DNA of 63,941 nt, the filler included, from Basidiobolus ranarum (Eukaryota), in the NCBI GenBank assembly GCA_040143965.1. It is 3 parts of 3 records of this genome, joined end to end, with 100 filler letters (N's around TTAATTAATTAA, not from the genome) between each part and the next. Parts side by side here need not be neighbours in the genome. Positions count along the whole stretch, not along the records: positions 1 to 22,501 come from JASJQH010000184.1; positions 22,602 to 45,075 come from JASJQH010000185.1; 1 more part is not named here. The stretch is one strand, 5' to 3'. Under the pieces are notes generated by a model. It had not been told where the DNA came from and did no database searches. It saw only the letters and a list, made by a program, of their open reading frames with translations. The position numbers were made by a program, and so were the translations under genes. Shown one piece after another: positions 12,101 through 24,185 of this stretch (the stretch's first letter is position 1; each line of letters begins with the position of its first letter).

Positions 12101-13300
12101 ACCATCGTTCTAGCTACTCGCCCCTTGGCTGGTGACGAAGCCATTGCTGAGTCTATGATTTTCTATGCTCTGCGACCCCGTAACATTCAAAAACTCGTTC
12201 AGGATGTCGATGATTCCACTCTTCAGGTCCCCGACAACTTGAGAGAGATTTTGGAACCGTTCTTGAACTCGCATTTAGGCAAAGAAGAGAACATCGTTCA
12301 GTCTAGAGTTGTCTCTTATCGCCTTTTGAAACAAACGCAGAGCTTATTCTTCCAGAGAGCACCACAACTGAACCGAAACTGGTTTGCACAGTGGACATTA
12401 TCTCCTATCGATGATGTAGTCAAAATCACCAAGGAAACTGAGGAAGTTGAGGAAATCTGTGGGTTCTCAGTGTTTGATATCATCACCAACACCCTCAAAT
12501 ACACAAAGCTAGTAAACCATATTGCTTCGGATAGTGGCTTTGATAGTCACATCAACTGTCTAACTGGAGTGAGAAAGATCATGAAAATATTCTCCATCAA
12601 CTACCGAGTAAATGGGGAAGATTTATTCTTGATGGACGAAGTAGAACATCTACTGGACACGCTGTACAACAAATATATCGCTGAATTCATCAAACTAGGA
12701 GACCAAACACCATTCGACCTCGAAGAAGCGAGTGACTCTGGTATACCATTTTATCAGTTCTATCAGGATTTTCTTAACCTGTACGTGTCCGTGTCCTTTG
12801 GAAATCAAGTGTTCGCACGTATGGTCTTACCTCCATTAGCGATGAATTACCCATCTGAGTATAGGCTGGCATTATGGAGTGAGTACTTTGAAATGCTATC
12901 TACTTTCCGCATTCCCCTTAACGATGCCCCTGCCCCCAATGGACTCAAGGGATACTTCTATCCAGTTGAGAGAAACTTCACTCTGCTACAACTTTACATA
13001 AGAGCGCTACTAACACGTAAAGTTACCAAGCAACATACACCATTCCTCTATTGGATCGCCGTACACCATTTAAGTGAAAATGTGCAACAGCGACTAAGCA
13101 AATACAAATCCAGTGAAGTGGGGAGCTCGGAGCCACTCTTAATGATGATGCGAGATTTCATTACCAAATCCCAATCAGATAAGGAATTATGCTCAGATCT
13201 GGCAAACTACCATAACTCTGAAAGCACCTTCCTCTCACCTGATTGCTGCGAAGCTTCAACAGACAATCAATCTATTCGTAATTGGATTTTTAAAGAATAG
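9176..13300 (+). CDS. RBA50: RNA polymerase II-associated protein RPAP1/Rba50
   Basis: RPAP1_N-like [30 protein letters not shown]; RPAP1_C-like RFDFHG...[25 protein letters not shown]..QR. Likely ATG at 9176 (ORF open from 8999). Intronless. Confidence 0.92.
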   Translation: [1374 protein letters not shown]

Positions 13301-13715
13301 CTCCAAGAATAAAATACTCGATTTGCTTACTGCTATTATATGTTATTATTAGCCATTCACTTCTAATTAGTAACTAAATCCATGTCATCACCTGTGACTG
13401 ATATTTTAAGCATCCAATTAGAAAGGATATTCCATACGCAGAGGTCAAAGCATCACTCTGCACCCTCGTTTAGGAAGGAAACAACGACAAAGGCTAAAAA
13501 ACCTTAGGGTATTCCCAAAAAAAATAGGGGATCTACAGGTAAATCGGTGGAGGAAGTTGTCTCAACCATTGCAAGGACATGTCGTACGCGATAATACGGG
13601 TGTGAATAGGAATACGCCAATGATTTAAATAGAAAAATTGTGTACATATTCATTGTTATCATAAATTCATCATGTGCATAGTCTAGAACTGGCCTTTTTT
13701 TCTTGGCTACTAATT

Positions 13716-13830
13716 ACTAGTATTTATTACTATTCATGGCTACCCGACTAGTACTCATTACTATTCATGGCGACCCGTTACTAGTACTCATTTCTATTCA
13801 TGGCGACCCGTTACTACCCTTCATTACTAG
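13716..13830. repeat. Minisatellite, ~31-33-bp unit, ~3.5 copies
   Basis: ACTAGTACTCATTACTATTCATGGCGACCCG(TT) repeated head-to-tail with substitutions. Confidence 0.85.
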
Positions 13831-14641
13831 TATAGTCCCGAAGTTGATATTCGAACGTTCGAATGGACAGAGGAATAAGGAAACGGCGTAATTGGCAACC
13901 AAGTGGCACTCATGAGCACGAATCCTTCTTCTGTAGTAATCCAGAAATGATACCTTGCTGGTGATTAACTTTTACTAACTCCACCCATTAATTATAGACA
14001 GGTATGGCATTCACATATGGCATTCACTCATGGTATTCATCTACCCAATTGTCTTCTTGATTTCCCCACACCAAGCAGATAGACTTGATACCTTGATTGG
14101 TGAATCTCCATATGTTGATTGAATGTTTGTAATGATATCAATTTATCACAAGATTCACCCAAGATTGTGCTACCGTGGTGAGCTCTGAATTCAAGCATGG
14201 CCAAGTCTCGAATATGCACAGTGACAGCTGTGCCACTCTCCCAATCCACGATATCTCCCGTGTGACAGTTCTCCATAGTCAGGAAATTAGAGTATCGGGA
14301 AGCGAAGGATTCGTACCGAGAAGCAACTACCTGATTTTGATTTGAATTGAAAGATTTTTCTAATGAATGATCCATGTCAATTGATTTGATACATTTATGT
14401 GGAGCCAATCTCACCAATCAAGATTCAAATACTCTCGCAGCCATACTCGAAACTATCATAAACCCCTAAAATTCGGACCATTCGGGTTGCCTCTTTCCTT
14501 TCTCTTTTTGATTGCCACTCTGTTCTGAACAAATAATTGTTCCGCTAGTTTCAAAGTATTAGAGCTTCTTACCTACTTTGCTCTTTCTAAGACTCAAGTT
14601 GTCTGATTAAATACACTTCATAAGTCACTTTTTTACTCAGC

Positions 14642-16784
14642 ATGTCAAGCGCTCCTGGTGTTCCCGACTTCGTGAAGAAGTTGTATAGGTATTGCCTTCT
14701 TTATTTGCTTGCTGCCACTTAATATCAACCTGTTCACACGTCATACCAACCTAGAATGCTCGAAGATACTGCTTACAGTCATGTAGTATCGTGGGGGATG
14801 AGTGGAGATACCTTTGTAGTGAAAGAACCTAACGAGTTCGCCAAATCCATCCTCCCCAAACATTTCAAACACAGTAATTTCGCGAGTTTTGTTCGACAAT
14901 TAAACAAGTATGATTTTCACAAGATCAAAAATACTGACGATTCTAATAAGCCATATGGAGAACATGTACGCGTTTTTTTCTTCCAAGTTCACACCAACTT
15001 TCTCTTTTGCTTAACTTATATTGTTACTTTAACAGGCTTGGGAATTTCAACACCCCAGTTTTCAATACAACAAATGCGATTTGTTGGAGTCAATCAAGGT
15101 ATTTTCAATGGCATAACGCTGTGTATAATATAATTCGTATAACCTCCTAACAACCTATTTTTAAAATAGAGAAAAATTCCCAACAAAAACAAGCCCGGCT
15201 TCGGTGGAATGGGATCCAGTTTACTACCTGAAGAAATTAGAGTAGTTGCTGACGATCTTCAAGGACAAGTTCACTCAGTTTCAAAGTTACAAAGTGATAT
15301 GGGGAATTACCTCCAATCATTAAGTAAAAATTATCAAGTCATGGTAGAAGAGATTCTTAGCTTTCGAAAAAATATGGTCGCTCAAGATCAGATGCTACAG
15401 AGTATTGTTCAATATATTCTAAATCAGGATTCCAGTAGGTATATCTAATTCGAAATTTTACTTGTTCATTTAATTGACTCAACTTCGCTTTTAGATCGTA
15501 ATCGAGACCAAAAAAATCTCTCGGAAAACTCTGGTTATGTCCCACCATTTTCTAGTTCAAACTCTTCTTCGGATACAATGAAGCTCTTGAACTCTTATAA
15601 TGAATTATCCAAAGCGTCACTTAGTCAAGTTGAAGATTTTTCAAAGAGAGCACAGTCCCTTCAAGAGTTTACCAATACTACCTTATCTCAATTCTCGGTA
15701 CCAATGATGGGTCAGACTGGGGAGATGTTTAATAGCAATCCAAACACAATGGGCGGTGTCAATCTCGGTGGTTATGGTGGCAGTGAAAATACATACAATC
15801 AACCTAATCTAGAAAGCTTAGAAATATCCCTAAATCAACTAGAAAGTCGGGATAATATGAATGATAAGTCATTCAACTTCTCCATTCCTTCAATGGACAG
15901 TAACAGTGGTATTGGTAGCAACAATAACAGTCAAACTAAAAACAACACCGGGAACACACAGCTTCGTAAAAATTCTTTCATAACAAATTGGGCCACTCCC
16001 CCCAAGGTTTTGTTGGTCGAGGATGATGCCGTGTGTAGAAGACTTAGTACCAAACTTCTGGAGATTTTTGGGTGCTCATTTGACATTGCTACAGATGGCG
16101 TTGCTGCCGTGAATAGGATGAATCTGGAAAAATACGATATCGTGCTTATGGTAAGTGATGAGTTTTAATTGAATTCAATGTAGCTAGTAACTAATGAGAT
16201 ATCGTGTCTAGGACATTGTAATGCCCAACTTGGACGGAGTATCAGCAACCACTAGAATTCGACAGTTCGATGCGATTACGCCCATTATATCTATGACTTC
16301 AAATACAACTGAGAATGATTGTATGACTTACCTTGCCAACGGTATGAATGATATCCTTGCCAAACCATTTTCAAAAGCAGGTCTATATGGCATGCTTGAG
16401 AAATATTGCATGCATCTTCATTCCATCCGCGATATGGGCAACATCGGTCGCAATCCCAATCCTTTCCCGGCCCTTGCTAGCACCTTGCTTGCCGGTAATT
16501 TTTTACATGGAAATAACGAAGAAGCTAGCTCATCCACTGCTGCTACATCGATGTCTATGTCATCTTATTCTGCTATCCCAGTCATGAATATGGGCCAGAA
16601 CAATGGCTATAATCTGTCTATGATGGCGGGAATTGCCATCCCAAATGACGGTTCAATGCAACAAGGTGCAGCCATAATTCCATCGATTATGTTCGCCACG
16701 AATTCCAATGGTCGTCCTGCCCCAGATTATTCGTATGATGATGATGATCGTCGTAAAAGACCCAAGCTTGAAGTGATTGAGTAA
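14642..16784 (+). CDS. SKN7: Skn7/Prr1-type response regulator (HSF DNA-binding domain + coiled coil + receiver)
   Basis: MSSAPGVPDFVKKLYRMLED...FKHSNFASFVRQLNKYDFHK (HSF domain); receiver VLLVEDD...YDIVLM|DIVMPNLDG...SMTSN...ILAKPF. Multiple short introns. Confidence 0.96.
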
Positions 16785-17404
16785 TGTTGATGCGGGTTTA
16801 TGAAGTAATTTTTACTATACAATATATATATACATATTAGTTTTCGCATCTTGGGTGTAAAGTCAGAGGAAACCCGCTCTGGCCCTTAGTCGCTTTCCAC
16901 CCTTGTAGGATTGAGACTAGAAGTCCAACTTCACGTTTTGTCTTTGATTATCAGTCTGGAGTTATTTATGAATCTCTAGCAAGTTGCATTTTCTTCTGTA
17001 CAACTAGCCCTTTCCTCCAACATGTTCGGCATATACATTCTTTTCGATTTGTCAAGTATTTTTCGACACTTACCTTTTAATACGTAGATGTATTCTTTGT
17101 GTCATATTGATTTTGAACATTCCAACCATTAAACTAATTGAAAATGAATTACTACTATTATACTCCAATATCACTATATGTATTGTTAATTGACACTACT
17201 ATCGACCTAATATGACTTTATAGGGAATGAATATATATACTCCGTGAAAGATGATTTAGCTTAATTTACTTTATGCTATAACAGAGAGGAACGAAATGTT
17301 GTGTATGTGAATAAGGAAAGTGTTTTGGATAGTTGAGTCGAGATTAGTTATAAAAAAACTCTCTAAACAGGAAGGATGCGGTATCCATTTTCATTTCTAA
17401 TAAC

Positions 17405-17781
17405 TTATTTAGGGGAAGTTTTCAACTGAATACCATGCATTTGTTTTATATCTTCAGCCAAAAATTCAGTTACCAAACGGTGTTGTTTAACCAAAGAAAG
17501 ACCTTCGAAATTTTTGGAAACAATCTCAATAGCGTACATAGAACCACAACCACCTTGAACGTAAGAAGTTATTTTAGAAGAGGTTTCACGAGAAACTTTT
17601 ATTTCGAAATGGACTTACCAGAAATATCGTGAACGTGTAAACTAGCGGGAGTAAATTGAGTTTTAAGCTTTTCAAAAAGTAACTTCTCTCCAGCGTTCAT
17701 GGACTCTGTAGAGTAAAAAACTCTTTGTGCTTGAGAACGTAGAGTATTATTTTTAGTGACTTGACGTAAGTGAGAGAACAT
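17405..17781 (-). CDS. BOL3: Mitochondrial BolA3-type Fe-S cluster protein
   Basis: Two exons. Presequence-like N-terminus; VHDISG|GCGSMYAIEIVSKNFEGLSLVKQHRLVTEFLAEDIKQMHGIQLKT. Confidence 0.92.
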
Positions 17782-18212
17782 GTTAACTTTTAAAGATATG
17801 TCAAAGTACAAGTGGATTTGGTTATCTTTTATGAAAGTGTTATATCCTCTATTCGATAAAATTTTACTTTCGAAATTTTAATCTACCGTGGAAATTGGAA
17901 GATTGGGGGATCAATTTTTATTGACATAAAATATGTTTCAATTGATGAATGTTTGACTAACTATTACAATAGAACTTGTGTAGTAATCATATGAACCCAG
18001 ACGTCAGTCAACTAATATGAGATGCTCTTTACATCGAATAATATATACGAGATAAGTTGAGATATTTATATAAATGCAGAGTCGATACAAAAATGCCGCT
18101 CAAAATGGTTTACTTTCTGAAAAAGAAATGTCTAGTTGACACCTAAAGGCCCAAGAAAGGATACTCTCTTTCCGAGAAGCTGCCTAGTATCAATACCATA
18201 AAGAAGTGGAAA

Positions 18213-18581
18213 TCATTGTTTTAAAGAACTTATATAAAGTACTAGTATGAATAACACATTAGCAAAAATGGTCAAGGAAAGCTTCTCAAAAAAGTAAAAG
18301 AAGTACCATTATTTCCTCTGACAAAGGCATCTCCGTATTTATTCTTTAATTCTCCATTAACATACTCCTCAGTTTGTTCGAGAGCAATATTCATGTATCC
18401 ATCTAAACAAGCGAGAATTCCTGTATTGTGTATAACCTAATCAGTTGAATTCCATTTTGAACGACAGCAAGAACTCATGGTTACCTCTATAATCAACACC
18501 AGAGTTTAACTTCACGAGAACAGGACGTCCAATAATGTGATTGAGGAAATCCGAAGGGGACTTTTCATGAGAGGGTTCCAT
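18213..18581 (-). CDS. LSM6: Sm-like protein Lsm6 (not in ORF track)
   Basis: Three exons: MEPSHEKSPSDFLNHIIGRPVLVKLNSGVDYR|GILACLDGYMNIALEQTEEYVNGELKNKYGDAFVRGNN|VLYISSLKQ*. Confidence 0.93.
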
Positions 18582-18921
18582 ATCTTTAACTGTGATGTAC
18601 TCGATGTTAAGCTTCAATGAAACCGTGAACTTCCTAAGTGCATATTGTAGATAGGGGTCCAGAAATAGGTACCTTTTTCTACTCTAACCTTCTCCGATCA
18701 TTTCGAGATAAAGATTTGCATGATCATCGATTGTGGATTCCTATCTCTAATATTGTAGGGAAGCGAATGATTTATTTTGGAAGATGTTTAAGCATAATCC
18801 ATAGATCAGGTCTAATAAATAACCAATTTTACATAATAAAAGGTTGAAATTTACAGCATCAAGAAAATATATTGATTGACCTATATTATATGTATAAAAG
18901 AAATAAAATGCTTAGCTATAC

Positions 18922-21012
18922 CTAATTGCTCTCGTCCATGTCATCTGAAGAAGAGTCAATCGCACCAGCTCTAGTTAATAGAAATCTTAAAAATGATCCG
19001 GTAATTGGCGCCCCCCAGATCCCTTCTTGCCGCCTATTTTCATTGGATTCTACGATTTTCTGTTCTTTTGCTAGCAAGGATTTGCTACTCCATGAATGAT
19101 TCGTGGTCGTGACGGGAGCGCCGTTTACTAGAGGTTCGAATACCTCATGTGGTCCCTCTACTTGCGGTCTGAAGATTTTGATGGTAGAGTCGATACCAGA
19201 CACAGCAATGGCTGGCTCAAATGGATGTCCCTAAAGGCCCAAGGGGTTAATGCCTGTAAAATAGAGGATTGAAGGGGGATCATGCAAGATTACCTGGATA
19301 CAATTCACCACATCTTCGTCACCTTTGAGTATTTGGACAATCTTTCGTGACTTCTTTTCCCAGATAAAAATATTCCCATCATCACTGCCCGAAATCACAT
19401 ACTCATCGTTAGGCCCATAGAAATTGACGTCTTTGACGGTCTGAACGTTACAATGTCCTTTGTAGGTAGCTGACTCTCTTACTTCTTCTATAACAGAGTT
19501 GAAAATGGACTGGATATTCTTATACTCCGATGTGAAGTCTTCGTCACTGGATTCCTCCCCAGATTCTCCGTCGAAAAAGCTTTCAATGGCTTCCATAACA
19601 TCAGAACTATCAATATCACTATCCTCGGCAATTATTCGATTTGAAATCAAGTTCAGTTCTTGCTCCTCACGCTCTTCCTGCTCTTCGTCTAAAGCATCCT
19701 CACTTTGGTCGCTCCCAGACTCGGAGGGGATGCTTCGAGTTTCCCAACCATTTTGGATGGACTCGGTGAGTTGGTTAAAATCAATGTCTTCATCTGAGCT
19801 GGTGAGCTCATCTACTTCTATGTGATCTGCACTAGGACCGGAAGCAAACATATCTAAATCATCGCTTCCCAAGTCATCAACGTATTTAGATTTCTTTCTT
19901 TTGTTATCAAGATTCGAATTTGAGTTTCTTCTAACTTTTGAAGGGGGATTTCCATTCTCTTGGATGATATCCTTTTCTTTACTTCCATGGATGTCAAAAA
20001 GATGTACAAAGTCATTCGACCAGCTACCAAGTAATTCACGTCCATTACTTTCACTAAATTTCACTGCTGTTACGTGGTCCGATTTACTTTTGTTGGGTTT
20101 GAACTTTTTGACACAGTATTCCATTTGATGTCTTGGATCCAATGCTGTCTTGGGACTGACCATTCTTCTATCCCATAGATAAACATACGGGTCTCCTCCC
20201 CCGACGGCAATGTATTGAGGGTGAATTGGATTTAGAGCAATTGAGTTCAGCTCAATCAAGTATGGCCGAAAGTTGACCACCAAATTGGAACGACAAACAC
20301 TATGACATTCGTGGGGTTCTCTCAAGTCAAAATTTCTGACCGTACCTACGACAAGATAAGGATTAGAAACTATTACCGAAGATAATCAAGAATTCCCATA
20401 TTTACCATCTTCACTACAACTCAGAAATACATAAGGATTCCCAGGTTCGGTGACGATACGTTTGGTACTAGCCAAATTACACTTGTACGTATGTCTACAT
20501 GCACCTTCTTCTTTCCATATATCCCATACTTTAATTAAATTGTCTCCAGCGCATGAAATCACCACTTTACTGTTGGTAGCAGGCATGAATTTAGTACAAA
20601 ATATGTTGGCCTCATGACCAGTCTCGATACTACTAAGTAAATTGCCTTCGGGGTAATTCCAAATACAAAGTTTTGTATCGTCTGAACCAGAGACCAATAA
20701 ATCTCCTGTCTCGTTCCAATTAACTGTATTAACACAACCAGTATGCTCCGATAAAACATTGGTTAAGGTGAGTCGGTTGATCAAATATGTTGGGTTCGAG
20801 TATAACCGACGTTCTATACAAAAAGTAAAGGTTTAGTTCGTTCCATTGTGGAAAGTTTATAGTCAACCAGGGCGTGGAGAAGAGAGTGTGAAAAAAACTT
20901 TCTAAAAATAATGTATCTTTAACTAACCTGCTAAAAGTGCGCTTTCTCGTCCAAATAATTCCCCATTCTCACGTTCTCTTAAATTTTTCAATAGATTTGA
21001 CTTGTACTTCAT
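18922..21012 (-). CDS. WD40 DDB1-CUL4-associated factor (DCAF8/DCAF6-like)
   Basis: HTGCVNTVNWN, GSDDTKL, GHEANIFCTKFMP, WDRR, YKGHCNVQTVKDVNFYGPNDEYVISGSDDG, SGIDSTIKIF; long acidic insert. Multi-exon, ATG at 21012. Confidence 0.9.
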
Positions 21013-21437
21013 TTTTAGTTATCTAAATGAAGAGTATAAGGGTGTATATATATAAATAGAGTTGTACTCTAGATGAACAATACTTTACAAAAAAAGGCAA
21101 AGAGAAAGTAAACTCGTTAAGTTCTAGTGCTTTGATGAGTTAATAATATTACTATTCAAATCAACCTATTTCAACTAGCCTTTTTTTGAATAAATCAGGT
21201 GGAAGTGAGAGAAAAAATCAGGGGGAAATTTCATGGAAATGTTAAAGATAATATCGTGATTTGTGACAGTGAATATGGATAAAATCATATCCACTCGTGT
21301 AGACGGGGACGAGAACGGGAATGGGAGCCGGAACAAAATGCATAGGTATTCACATGAATTGGAGATTATTTGGACAACTTGGACCAAAGTGATTTTATTA
21401 TAAAGGTTAAAAGAATACAAACGTGACGAAGAGACAC

Positions 21438-22501
21438 TTAATGAGCGTGTTGGTTCTTCAAATCGCCCATTTTTGTAGTCTCAATTGGGGAGCCAATGAA
21501 TACCAATTGTTGGATCTTAGTGGTTTCCTCATCACCAAGGTTGTCTTCAATGAATAACTGAACAGAAGTGCGTAAAATAAGGTTAGTCAGAGATCGAAGC
21601 CAAGGATCACATGAACGTCAGCCACTTACAATAACACTGGTGACATTCTGGAATTTGACAAAACGCAAGGGGATCACCGCATTCTCCTCATAATCCTCTT
21701 CAGTCAACTCCAAGGTCTGGGTTTCTAGGATGTCTTCCGCCTCATCGAAACCGAGAGTCAAACGGTTACAAAAGAGTTTGATGGTTTTGGGGGCAAACGC
21801 TACTCAATTCAAATCCAGTTATTATTGATCTTGTTGGTGATCTCCAATGAATCTTCCTTTACCTTTAGGTGCAACCAACTTGATCGAGTGAATCTTTACA
21901 GCTTGGTTGAAAGGGACCGAAATGATCAATTGCTCATCCACGTCGCTTTCCAAGTATGTGGCATCTTTCTTGAATATACTGTGTACGGTGTGGTTAGATT
22001 GCTGGTTTAAGCATTCCAATTGGTTAACTGTGACGAATTCGGTGATATCAGACTACATAGATTGCTTTTAGTAAGATCAGTATTTGTAACACTTGACAGA
22101 CTAGAACCTACATGACCAGGAATATTGAAGCTGTTGGAATCCTCTTCGGGCTCTCCTTGATGCTGGACGATAAGGGCCTCAAGTTGTTGAGGGTTAGCTC
22201 CCTTTAGTTCAGCAACCTTCACTTTATTCTTGAAAAGCTAATTCAGGATAAAAGAGAGTTGAGTACAAGAGTAAATCTTCATTATATATATACTAATAAA
22301 TACCTGGAAAGTGGGCCTAAAAATATCCAGAAGAGCAAAAATACATGGATTTAGTCTAAAGCTTTCCGAAAATTACACAGTATATGGAGCATACATAGAG
22401 CTAACACCTGCAGCTTGAGCAACTTCCTATAAAAATCAACAAAAGATGGTCAAGAATTCCTCACACCATCAGATATCAAAGCCCAAAGTTCTTACCTGAA
22501 C
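21438..22501 (-). CDS. TXNL1: Thioredoxin-like protein 1 (Trx + PITH domain), 5' end lost at contig break
   Basis: EVAQAAGVSSMPTFQLFKNKVKVAELKGANP (Trx C-terminal part); PITH motifs LESDVDEQLIISVPFNQAVKIHSI, APKTIKLF, LRFVKFQNV, IEDNLGDEETTKI. Confidence 0.92.
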
Positions 22502-22601
22502 NNNNNNNNNNNNNNNNNNNNNNNNNNNNNNNNNNNNNNNNNNNNTTAATTAATTAANNNNNNNNNNNNNNNNNNNNNNNNNNNNNNNNNNNNNNNNNNN
22601 N
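22502..22601. other. Artificial contig-joining spacer
   Basis: 44 N + TTAATTAATTAA (stops in all six frames) + 44 N; TXNL1 is cut here. Confidence 0.95.
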
Positions 22602-24185
22602 CTTGACAAAACTATAAATGTCAACTTTCTATTCAATAAGTCAATAAGTGAAAACCACCAATTCCTCTATTTCTCCAAACCACTTCCAACAGGCTCCCAA
22701 ATACTTTAACAGTATATTCTCTATTCAGTATATTATATTTCACCCTGCAATATCTATATAAGCTCCATGTATTCCTTGATCAGACTGAGGTCTGATCAAT
22801 GCCAGTTATCAATAAAGATTCTTGCCAAAGTATCATCCCTGTCCAGTCTTGTCTTGTCTTGTCTTGTGGTCTACACCCAGTTAGTCTCCTGCCTTCTAGC
22901 CTCTTGTTGTTGTTTCTAGTCTTTGTCCAGTTCCATATTGTGACACATATAGATATTAAGCATCACTTCATTAAAGAGACTATAGAGAATAAGTTTATTG
23001 ACTTAACTTATTATGCTGAGTTTGAATTTACTTGGAATATCATTACCAACTTAAAAGTTGTCAAATATATTGATTTTTCAAACTTGTTCTAGAAGCACTA
23101 AATTTTGACATATATTCCTGAGAGCTTTTTTAGCACATGTTACCTATTAGTTCTTTATATCTCAACAAAACTATAAATGTCAACTTTCAACTCAACAAAT
23201 CATTAAGTGTAAAGTACTCTTATCTCTATTTCTTTAAATCACTTGCAATAGGTTCCCAAAGTATTTTATTGGATTATTGGTTCATCCAATTTTCCAGAAG
23301 AAGGAGAAGTTCCAGAGACTTGAGGAGTAGACATTGTAGATAGTGGAAGCTTGGGGCTCATAATTTGTTAATTTATTTTGGGAGCCTGTTGAAATGATTT
23401 AGAGAACTACAAAAATTGGTGTTTTTCACTTATTGATTCATTGAGTTGTAAGTTAACATTTCTAGTTGTGTCAAGATACAAGCCAACTAACATGTAGAGT
23501 ATGTTATGAAAGGTCCCAGTGTTAAAGTATTTGGGAGCCTGTTGGAAGTGGTGTGGAGAATTAGAGGAATTGGTGCCTTACACTTATTGATAAATTGAGT
23601 AGAAAGTTGACAGTTATAGTTTTGTCAAGATGTAAACAAACTAACACATAAAATATGTTAGTAAAAGTCTCTAAAATATATGTGCAAGTTATGGGGCTTC
23701 TATCACAAGCTTGAAAATCTATATATCTGAGAACTTCCAAGTTGGTGTCAATATTCTAGGTAAGTTCCTTATGAGAATAATGGATAATATCTTAGTGAAT
23801 TATAAGATAACTAAGTACTAAACTATATATGCCTATATATGTGCTTAGGCAATGCCAACTTCAACACCCAGGAACAGGTGTGTAATTCTTGGAGCTTTTA
23901 GTGCAAGTTTAAAAAATATATATATCTGAGAACATCTAATTTGGAGTGAATATTCCAAGTAAATTACAATTGAGAATAATGGGTGATATCTTGTTGGAAT
24001 ATTGGATCACAAAATACTAAGCTATAAATGACTATATAGGTTCTTGGACAATGCTGACTTTAACAACTTCTTGGTTGATAAAAATATCCCAAGTATGTTT
24101 CAATTGGGAGTCATGGGGGATATCTTAGTTCAATATAGAATAATTAAATACTAAGCTACATATGACTATATAGATGCTTAAACTT
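22602..24185. mobile_element. Degenerate Ty1/copia-like retrotransposon cluster: several ~345-bp LTR copies plus an RNase H remnant
   Basis: Related copies at 22602-22711, ~23020-23270, 23366-24065 (interrupted), 23520-23866, ~24080-24185. Peptide THIDIKHHFIKETIENKFIDLTY (~22941-23010) matches the copia RNase H KHIDxxxHFIRE motif. Confidence 0.8.
23520..23866. mobile_element. Solo LTR with 5-bp TSD nested in another LTR
   Basis: Termini TGTTAAAG...CTTCAACA; CCCAG on both sides (23515-23519 and 23867-23871). Confidence 0.85.

Noticed and set aside
14037-14417. 126-aa minus-strand ORF divergent from SKN7
   Set aside because: Non-ATG start, no recognisable motif, lies in the SKN7 promoter region.
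19133-19146. GGTTCGAATACC resembling a tRNA T-loop
   Set aside because: Inside the DCAF8-like coding exon with no cloverleaf.
22546-22557. TTAATTAATTAA palindrome inside N runs (also 45120-45131)
   Set aside because: Assembly spacer with stops in all six frames, not biological.
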